A DNA stretch of 64,000 nt from Polymyxa betae A26-41. Taxonomy: Eukaryota; Protista; Endomyxa: Phytomyxea. A program made the position numbers and the translations under genes. Below are positions 54,618-64,000 of this stretch, piece after piece. Within the stretch, counting starts at the first letter, position 1. Every line of letters begins with the position of its first letter. The notes under the pieces are model-generated. The model had not been told where the DNA came from, searched no databases, and saw only the letters and a program-made list of their open reading frames with translations. The stretch covers positions 124,001 to 188,000 of the forward strand of contig RBZT01000673.1 in the NCBI GenBank assembly GCA_003693705.1. Reading direction: 5' to 3'.

Positions 54618-55410
54618 TTATTGTTGATGCTGAATATTGAAGGACGGCCAGTCTGCTTTTGGGTATTCCCGCTTGAGGATTTCTTCAGGCTGTTCGTCGA
54701 GCATTCTGAAACAAGAGGTAAGCCGACGATCGCCCAGAGATAGCATGAGTATTACCGCTCATATTCTTGTGTCATAAACAAGTTCTTTTTGCAGTCGACT
54801 TTATCTATAAACAAGCGACCGTCTAGGTGATCGATCTCGTGTTGAACAGTCCTGGCATTAATCCCATGCAAGACAGTGCTTTGTGGCTGAGAATCGGCAT
54901 CGAGATAATCAACCGATAAGGAATGCCATCGAGGAACCAGTCCCGTTAATCCTAAACAGATATAATCCCAGACAGCTACTGATTTCAAAATACGAGCACA
55001 CCTGGAATACTGAGACATTGCTCCCAGTCGTTAATGATATCATTACAATGCGATTTGATGACCGGGTTGATCATAACTATAGGAGGCAGGAATTCATCGA
55101 GCTCTTCTGAATCCGAATTGTCGACGTATGGGCAATACAGGAACATTCGAAAGCTACGCTGAACCTGGGGAGCAGCAAGCCCGATTCCATTCAAGGTTTC
55201 GTCGGATAACATCGACTGCATTTCTTTGATTAAATTTTGAAATTCCGGTTTGGATATCGCACTGCGCTCGACAGCTAGAGCTTGACGACGAAGAACTACC
55301 GACGTGGTCAGCAACGGAAACCGCATTGTAGAGCAACTCTGACCTGGATTGCCTAAATAGCATAGGCGTAGGAAAGACTTGGCAATCTGGCCGACCATTG
55401 GCGGTCCCAT
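54618..55410 (-). CDS. PDF: Peptide deformylase
   Basis: YLGNP-VLR, GIGLAAPQV, INP, EQCLSIPG and ARTVQHEIDHLDG motifs; short introns. Confidence 0.92.
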
Positions 55411-55612
55411 TATGGCAAAAGACAAGTCGGAAACGATCGAGATTGCAGTTGAAAACTGCTTTTCGTCAGAAGTACGCAATTGTTGGCAGAGTCATAATCC
55501 TGTAATTCAAGGGATCGGGAATTTGTGATTCATGACATGGAAGGGATCACCGCTGCACCAGGAATCGGCGAAATTGTCCACTAATACTATATGACCAGTT
55601 TTTGAATCAGTA

Positions 55613-56365
55613 ATGATCGAAGACGTCAACGGAATGTATGTTTCTTTATTAGAACAGTTTAAATGCAAATACGGAGCACATGTGGGCAAGCTTCGCCAGG
55701 ACCCTCCCACGTGTCATAATAGGATTCTATCTGATCAATTTGTAAAATGCACCACCATCTGCGACGTATTCGTCCGGCTGCATCTAGTACTCTAGGACCT
55801 TGCTCCGTCCTCTTTTTTAATACCATATTGGCTGGAGCAGATTTTGAACTCTATGTTGAGTAGTTGTCTGGAACCAGAATTCGTCCCATCATGCCACCTG
55901 GACGTCAAACCGGACAACAGGCAGAAAGCTGCAGCTGGATTGGGTAGGAGTCGGGCCATGATGTATGTTTGGCAACTGCATGCTTCCAACGCTTCGAGCC
56001 TATGCGATTGGTCTCTATCTCCATCCCGATGTCAAGAGAAGAAAATCGTTGACGGGGCTGTATTCAAGCAATGATACGAAACGTGTTTGTCAATTCTGCA
56101 TAGACATGTTAGCGCAGATCATTTCGCTGGAGGTTTCTGATTTATAAGAAAACATTTGAATGTTCCAGATTCTGATGAATCAGAATCCGATCTGAAAGAG
56201 CTCGTTGCCACCTTCCAACGTCAAGGATTGGTTCAATATTGGGATAAACTCGGTTTCGTTTGGAACACCGATCGATCATTACTGGTTTACAAAAACGAAA
56301 TGATGTTATTCAACTCGAACTCATCAACCGTAAGCCAAGCTGCGCTTCAGAATTACATCGGCTAA
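55613..56365 (+). CDS. Hypothetical multi-exon protein
   Basis: Chain of short ORFs separated by GT-AG intron-like segments, divergent from PDF; no domain recognised. Confidence 0.35.
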
Positions 56366-56583
56366 GACCCGATGTCGTCCATTGCCAGAGATAACTTTCG
56401 TAGGCTCTTGAACAGTATCGCTTTAGAGCAATCGTAATGCTTCACAGAAGTATAACAAGGTATCATTATCATCTTCATTCTCAGATTTTGTCAATCCTTG
56501 CACATTGTAAAGAAGTCTACTGGTTATCCTGGATAGAACGATCGATGGTACGTAATTACTGGATAAGGTCGAGTTTATGGAGA

Positions 56584-56647
56584 GAGTTACTGAACCATTG
56601 CCATGTATTTTAGCCCTATGAGTTACTGAAATGAATTTTAGCCCTAT
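56584..56647 (+). repeat. Imperfect tandem duplication spanning the start codon of the GH18-7TM gene
   Basis: GAGTTACTGAA(ccattgcc)ATGTATTTTAGCCCTAT followed by GAGTTACTGAA-ATGAATTTTAGCCCTAT. Confidence 0.8.
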
Positions 56648-59600
56648 CTTCTACATTGTTGTCGTTCTTTGCATTGACAAATGTAAAGCTTATTTACCAT
56701 GCCAGTCATGCACAGTGTCAGGGCCAAAGACGTCTTCGCGTTTAATTGGTTACTACTATAGAACCAAGGTCGATGCTCTTCCAATTGAGTCGATCGATGC
56801 TGGATCGTTGACGCACCTGGTTTGGAATGGATTCACCGTCGCGAATGGCCGTTGCGAGATTTCTAATCTGAATACTGATTTACAACAAACGTATGGCTCG
56901 AATTCGCTGGGTATTGATGTTGATGCCGCATATCATGGTCAACTATATCAGCTTCGCTTACTAAAGCTCAAATATCCTCACTTAAGCTTGCTCGTCACGA
57001 TCCCTGGAATTTTTCAGACTACCGGTGTTTCCAGTCTAAATACAAGAGCCTCCTTGGTATCCTCATGTGCTGCTTTGGCTCGGCAGTACCTTTTCGATGG
57101 CGTCGAATTCGATTGGGGTAAGCCAGAATTGAGGCCTCGCCATCACTGATTGTATACCCAGTCATCACCACCGACGGCGATAAGTTCGAGTTTGCTCAAC
57201 TGTTGTCGGCCTTCAAGCAAGCAAACGCAAACCTGACTGTCGTCTCTCAGATCAGGGGCCCTTTAGCGACTATGTATTCACGTTATGATTTCACTACCAT
57301 CTCTGCCAGTGTCGACTGGGTCCATTTCTCTGCATTTAATTTATGGGAGTCAAGTCTAAGACCAGGTTAGTGGAGTCCAGTCGGTGATGTTACCCCGCAT
57401 TAAATAACCAATTGTAGGTCATCACTCGCCTCTCTACTGGTCTCCTTACTCTCCAGTATACGACTCGGTTGACTCCTGGGTCCGGTATTTGCTAAAGAAT
57501 GGAGTTCCACCTTGTAAGATTGTGCTGGGACTATCGTTGTCGGGGCCCGCCTGGTCGTTGACGGATTCGGTTTCACCGACCAGCCCAGATGCCATCTTGG
57601 CGATATTCAATCAAAGCAGGGCCATGGTTTACAGTGGCAGGTTTGCCGGCGGTTACCGGCTCCGTTTTAGAGACGTTAGCCATTCCTTCAGCTTGGTTTT
57701 TGATGCCGCTTGTCAGACCTCAGGCTACCTGAGTTCTCAAACGTTTGCATCTGTGGAGGGGATTCAAGCCATGCAAATTAAGGCCAGATATGCATCGCAT
57801 CAGAATTTGGGCGGCATCTATTTGCATGATCTCAGTGCTGATATCCCTTCAAACGGAATTGTTCAGGCGGTTCGGTCAGCGCTTGTTCCGCTGACGCCAT
57901 GCAAGAATTTGATCGCAAACACTCAATCATTGTCAACGCCTACGAATTCAGTTAAAAGCTCTACTGCCACGATTAATACCAAAGTTGTCACTTATCTTAC
58001 TATGAACAATATCGATCATGTTGAGGGAAATCAGTTCACTCATGCTATTTACGACCAGTTGAATTGGACCAGTATCTCGATGGATACGCGATCGTCCATG
58101 ATCGATCTTAACCTTCGCCGCATTGCTACGTTCAGAAAAAAATACCCCCAAGTCTGTTTATTGCTACAAGTTGGCAACAACATCGAGTTTTCCAAAGTCG
58201 TTGGGAATAATGCAACGAGGATGGCTCTTGTATCAGCCATTATCGCCAACGTCAACTATTTTGAATTCAATGGCGTATCTGTAAACTGGGGTATGAAGTG
58301 CAAATGCTGCTTAAGGATTATTAACGGGGTTTGTAGATGATACGTCCGGACAGATTAGCAACAAGTTTCACCTTGCTACGTTTATGTCTCAGCTGCAGTT
58401 GCGGCTGAGCTCAGATTCTGCTTTAACAATGGAACTGAAATTCCGGACAGAATCGTTCGATGTCCGTTATAACTTGACTCTCGTCGATTCTTTCGTCGAT
58501 TGGTATCATGTACGACCTTTTGATTTCGGGTTTGTTGGATAGAGATTCTTGTGATCAAGTCTGAATCCGATTTAGATTGCAGGTAGCAGTTCCGTTCACA
58601 TTCTCTTCGTGGTATTTGCCTGACACTGGCGCTAATTTCTTTGACAAAGTTTTGGTGCTATCGGCTTTAAACAGGATACTAATTGAACCCATTTTACCAT
58701 CCAAAATTGTTTTGGTCCTGCCAATGTTCGGGCTTCAGCTAATTTCCACGTACATGGACACATGGATGTATCTCGCTTGGTATTATCCAGCCATACTACA
58801 ATCGTCCGTAATTCCTAGTGCAAACGTCATCAAGGCAGCAAATACGGCCGGTTGGGTCCAGTTAGCTGATCCAGTCCCTAATGTTACTTTGCTTTATCAA
58901 CAATCTTTGGCACAAATGATTCTCTACGATGGCATTGGAAACATCATCACCAAAGTCGATCAGGCCAAGACTTGGGGTTTAGCGGGAGTTGGGTTTTATG
59001 ACGTGTCGACTAATGATGCTCGAGTAGCAACTGCAATAGCAAGGTTACCAAAAAACGACATAACCCCCATATCATCATCACCTCGACCTGTTCTGACGTC
59101 CGCAACATCTGTTCAACCGAGCTTTTCGTCTCAAGACTCGTTAATGCCCCTTGGCGTCTGTAATCAAATTTCTATCAGCAAATTAGTGCAATGGAATATC
59201 GCGGATTTTCCGATCATGCTCCAATCAGTTATCCCAGACCCAAGTGTTCTACTTACATCTGGTTGGACTTCACCGAAACTTGATCTCTCGTCTGCTTCTT
59301 TCGTATTAAACTCTCCCGCTGACCTTGATCTGGTTTTATCATCACGATCGCTAAAGGAAAACTATGCTGGTCAACGACTATTCTTCTTTCTAAACCTTTC
59401 GTGCTCTGATCCTAACCATTCCAGACCTACTAATGTTATCATTCCAACGTCGTTGGCAATTCCGCCTCGCACACCAACCCCTGAAGGTTTGACAATCACA
59501 CCAAATACTGGCGAAGCGCTTCTCACTGTTTTCAATCTTGAAGTAAGTGGCGATTATCATCAATCGGCATGCGCGCGATACTTTGTTTATCTCGGCAACG

Positions 59601-61841
59601 CTCAGGTCCCACTTGGTGATGGGAACTGCATTCCGACATTTTTCTCTCTCAAAACCGTGTTACCAGCTTCAGATAATAGTTCGGTTGTTATAGTCGCTGT
59701 CGAAGTTGTTGATAATGGCGTTGTTTCGGAAGGACTGGCGAATGTCACTGTTCAGATTTCAGCTCCGGAAATTTCTTTAAATTACATCGAAGACATATTT
59801 ACACCCAACTCTAGAATACCTTTTTGCGATCACGTTTTGTCCACAGTATCCATAATCAGCCGTCTTTCAGTCAACACAACAACGGTACGAGCAAGAATAA
59901 TGGAGATGATAAAAACGCAGTATCTTGAAGCACCTGCATGCCCACCGGCTAGTTATCAAGATCTTGCTTTTATAACTGTCACATCAGAGCTCTTGAAGGT
60001 AATCATGTTTGTCATCTGCTTCAGCTCGACTTATTAATCTGTAGGATCCGACTGATCTCAATAATGGTATCGCCCAGGATGCATTAGATGTGATCAACAA
60101 GGCGATGAATAAGACTGATGTCATGCAGCATCGTCTTTTGCGGGAAAGAATTGCTATTTTATTATCGTCCTTGTTGTTATCTAAAGCGTCAAGTGGGACT
60201 TTATCTTACATGCAGTCGATTCGAAACATTATCGATCGCTTGGCAGTGAGCGGTCTCAGTAATTTAGCGGGTGGGGAACGCGATTCGTGTCGTCGCTCAA
60301 TTAGCACCGATGCTTTCAATATCCAAACATACAAGCTACATGCACTTGGTCTAAATTCTGCTCCTTCGTGCTCTGTTACGCTGCCTCTGGATTTAGTTAC
60401 CCGATATCGAGGCAGAACAGTTGGTGTAGTCTCAACAATTTATCAGCTTGTTTCGGGGTTACCGTCTACGACCAATCTCGTCCATTCTGTTAATGTATAT
60501 ATCGATAACAGTGGACCGGCTACCATTCAGAATGCAAGCTCGCCATTTAAAATCAATATGGGATTAATGCCGTCGTCTGGCGTTCGTTTGGAGTGTGGCT
60601 GGATTCTGCCCAATGGGCGCGATATATCGAAGACAGGATGTGAAACCCAAATCGCTGAAAATCGTATCGTTACATGTAACTGCTATCATCTAACCGATTT
60701 CGTTTTGATAATCACTGAAAGTGAGAGTATTACTTTCGTTAGCTCCAATACCAAAGATGTGCAATCCTGGGCGTTTTCACTGGCGAATCTATTTAATCTC
60801 GCTCTTTCGGTTGTTTCTTTATTTTTAGGATGTTTCGGAAAGTACGTCATAACAAATGCCGAATCATATAAGACTTTCTCGATTATGGCAATCCTTATTG
60901 TGGTAAAGTGTGTCGCTCGAGCTGCATTCTATGGTACGATACTGTTTGGAGGTATCAGACCCAATGGCGACCTCTTTCTTGCTAGATTGATGTTTGGCAC
61001 AATCACCCAATTCTCACAATTTATGATTTTCGGTTATCTGCTATGCCTCCTCATTATCATTCTATCATCTATCGTAACAATGAACGAGAAACCCCTGGCG
61101 CTTCGTAATTTCCTCTTCTTATTTCAGTCTGTCATCAAGGTTCTTATTGTAACATCGCTTGGGGTTCCTGCATTACTGATTTACGGGTCGGTTCGTTTTG
61201 ACAGCCAAGGAATGTTTTTTGCCGCATCTGCTTACATTCTTATATTAAATATACTACTGACTTTATCTATTCCTGCCACCGGAATCATCATCGCGCGATA
61301 TCTGGTAAATCATTCACACAAGAGAGTTATTTCAAACAACTTTGCTATTAAGAGGTCTGGTATTCAGTCACTTTGTCGAATGGAAGCATTAAACGAAAAA
61401 ATTAGGTATTTAAAACTGGCGAAGTTTATGCGAATAATTACAATTGCGATGGGCATCTGTTTATCATTACAGGCAGGACTCTGGACATGGTCAATTGTTG
61501 GTTTAGAATCATATAATAAGAACACTAACGGCAGTCTGGCCTTCGTTGTTTTGGATACGGTTGCTACTTGTCTTGTTCTGACCTATCAATGTAATGTGGC
61601 CTGGACACAATACTGCAAAAAGAAACGAGAAGAGTCTCTTATCGAGAAGAACGTCGCTGCTCACTTCCGTGATGACGCCGTTCGTGTTGTCAACGAGCAG
61701 TTCGTATACGTGGAATCAAAGCGAATCAAGGAACCCTCTGTTTGGGACAATGTCTTTGATGAGTTTGCTAATGGACTTGGTTCTAAACATATGTCGTTCG
61801 ATAATGATTATTCAAGCGATGATGGCAGTAGGCCTTGGTGA
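56631..61841 (+). CDS. Adhesion-GPCR/polycystin-like receptor: signal peptide, 2x degenerate GH18, REJ-like, GAIN/GPS, 7TM
   Basis: ORFs 56631, 57489, 58577 and 60090 join through short introns (57118-57161, 57366-57417, 58291-58336, ~58530-58582, ~59999-60044). GPS reads CGW...TGCET....VTCNCYHLTDF (60594-60701), followed by seven hydrophobic segments. Confidence 0.85.
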
Positions 61842-62317
61842 AATCCAAGAGCATAGAATAATATAGAACATAGAGATCATTAACTGTGATGTTTGGACTC
61901 CAATGTGATTCCTTTGAAGTGACTTAGTAGTCTGATGCGTTTGTAACGACTGATGTTTGAATTCTTGTGTACAGGTATAGTAAAAGGCAAGAAGAAAAAG
62001 CTCTTCTGATTCCGCATCCATGTATTTAGTTTGCGTTCGCAAAACGTTTGCGCTTCGCAGTCGCATCGCGTTCCGAATGTCACAACGGTTTCTCCCTACT
62101 GCTGCTCGTAATGGCTGCAGATCGCTTTTATCATGGTCTGACCTAGGTTCGGTTGTCATATCTATACGATAGCAAAGCTGACGTCTACTAGCGACCATTT
62201 ATCCCTACACGACACCATTGCGATTGTGTTCGGTGACGAAACAGAGATTTCCGTCTGCTTTCCTAATTAAATTCTGTCGTCCGCGTTCATCATCTGCCAA
62301 TCCGAAGATCGTCCCTG

Positions 62318-62925
62318 ATGGGCTTCGTCGGCGCTATGGAAAAGGATTCTGGGTTTATGCAGATTATAGAGCGGTTCAGTTAATGTTGAGCAAATGTAGA
62401 GAAACAGCATTGTAACAGTTTCATGCTAAGGGATTATTCAGATTTTGATACCAACCTTAAGACATCAGCTCTAGAGGTTCTCCAAAACGAACTTCAACTT
62501 GCATGTGAACGCTCACTAAAAAAGATTTATGTACATCCGGTTTTAAGAGCATCGGCCGATAATCAACCCCACGATAATGCAGCATTCTATCTCGTTGCTA
62601 ACGATATCAATGTGAAAAGTCTTCTATTATCAGATTATAGGTATTGTTCATCACCTTTTCACTAGTACATTTTTTACGCTTAGATAGATTGAATGAAAAC
62701 GTCCCGATATATTGCCTATTTCCTCTTGGGCTTCTACAAGCACAGTTAAGAACTCAGAACCAACATGAAACAGGTAAATGATGTATGAACTGCTTGATTA
62801 CAAATGTATTGAAACAGCTTGAAGGCATATTCAAATCTGTAGTTGGAGTTTCAGCAGCAAAGCTTGCCATAGAAATTCGAAGATTGATAGCGGCAGGAAA
62901 AAATGTGCATTTCATCAAACAATAA
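62318..62925 (+). CDS. Hypothetical multi-exon protein
   Basis: ORF 62423-62665 continues through short introns to ...LIAAGKNVHFIKQ* followed by AATAAA; no domain recognised. Confidence 0.45.
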
Positions 62926-63196
62926 ATTCAACTGCAAACCTAGCACATCGTTTCAGGTTTCTCATGTATATTTTCATCAACAAGGTCTTGGAGCTGGTTA
63001 CACACTGATAAATTTGATGCCTGTTTCTGTAGGCAACTGAGCCAAGTGCAGCAAAGTGCATTCAGAGCAGTTACAAAACTGCGCTGTGATTTCCCAAATA
63101 CGCAAACTGTGAATGCTGGAAAATGCGCGAAAGCAGCATTTTTGTAGCCCGTCCTGAGAATTCTGCTGCTATCGCCTGCCTGTGATTCACTCAAAC

Positions 63197-63647
63197 ATGA
63201 ATAGGGATACTGCCAGTTTACAACGCCTGCTAAAGATTAAAACCAATGCTGTAGTGCGGCTTGGTAAGGAACTCAAATATTATATGAAGGAGCAGCAGGA
63301 CTATGAATCCAAACTTATGCAGCTTCGTGAAGAACAGGCTGACGCATTACAAATCAAGAAAACAGTAAATGGCATTACTGCTCGACATCGTTGGGTTAAA
63401 TACTTTATTTACAGGAAGAGTTCGTCGAGGAAAGTTCGAACGCTGTTCGTGATACCCATTCGAGATTGTTTAAAAGTTTCGCCGACCTTCAAGGATTTGT
63501 CGTAAGCTGTCTCCATCCCTGTTGCAATGGTCGTTTCTCACTTTTTCTCAGCAAATTCACCAAATAGAAGAGGGAATCGCCGGTACTGAAGAGCTTATCA
63601 AAGCTGAAATGACTATAGGCGAAACTTCCAACCTAATTTGCTCTTAA
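63197..63647 (+). CDS. TBCA: Tubulin-specific chaperone A
   Basis: LKIKTNAVVRLGKELKYYMKE...QIKKT|EEFVEES..VRDTHSRL.....DL; 3 exons, about 115 aa. Confidence 0.85.
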
Positions 63648-63794
63648 TGTTGTCACATCATAATTTGAGATCCTGCTTCATTCTATTGATAAATATCAGA
63701 GCTTCTATATTATCTCTTCCTTATCAGAATGTAGTCTATCGCATCAACTTCTGGTTCTGGAAAAATCTGTACACTTAAGGTTTTGTAGCAAACA

Positions 63795-64000
63795 TCACAC
63801 CGTTGATTCCCGATTGCGGACGTCCTGTGCAGAAAGGGCGCCAAATTCGAGACTATCAGAGGGGTTGGCGGCTACCTGACCATCCCTGAAGATATTTTCA
63901 TTCCTGTAATTAATTTCAGTCATAACTCACAATGATGAGCAAAGGCCATCCAAGACCAGCCGATTCTGACACAGACGACCAGCAACATGCTCGTCGCGGA
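63795..64000 (-). CDS. 3' end of an unidentified gene entering from the right edge
   Basis: RDEHVAGRLCQNRLVLDGLCSS|intron GTGAG..TTCAG|DGQVAANPSD...RESTV*. Confidence 0.45.

Overview
Gene-dense eukaryotic nuclear DNA with many short (about 45-60 nt) GT-AG introns, so the ORF track splits most genes into pieces. I rebuilt exons by eye, so some boundaries are approximate. A flagellar gene (CFAP58), mevalonate kinase, tiny introns and T2-4AGGG-like motifs fit a flagellated protist; a plasmodiophorid such as Spongospora or Plasmodiophora is my unverified guess. About 30 genes are present. Housekeeping genes include IDH/IPMDH-family, BRF1, CFAP58, MVK, a KH protein, eIF3g, TrhO/TSTD2-like, C2H2-ZF, LPCAT, ABCG, PP2A-B56, WDR43/Utp5, Acinus-like, TBC1D5-like, CaMKK-like, PDF and TBCA. 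The most striking feature is a cluster at 45.8-61.8 kb of membrane proteins built from catalytically degenerate GH18 (chitinase-like) domains. Two are single-pass proteins. The third is a large protein with 2x pseudo-GH18, REJ-like, GAIN/GPS (HL|T) and 7TM regions, a candidate chitin-sensing adhesion-GPCR-like receptor. A secreted bulb-type lectin lies within the cluster. All four GH18 domains carry an intron inside the codon of the lost catalytic Glu. Other oddities: a bacterial-type AAA ATPase with a mitochondrial-like presequence, a disordered protein with PP1 (SILK/RVxF) and LC8 (TQT) motifs, a myristoylated RING-H2 ligase with three Cdc48-N-like repeats, and a PIF/Harbinger relic.
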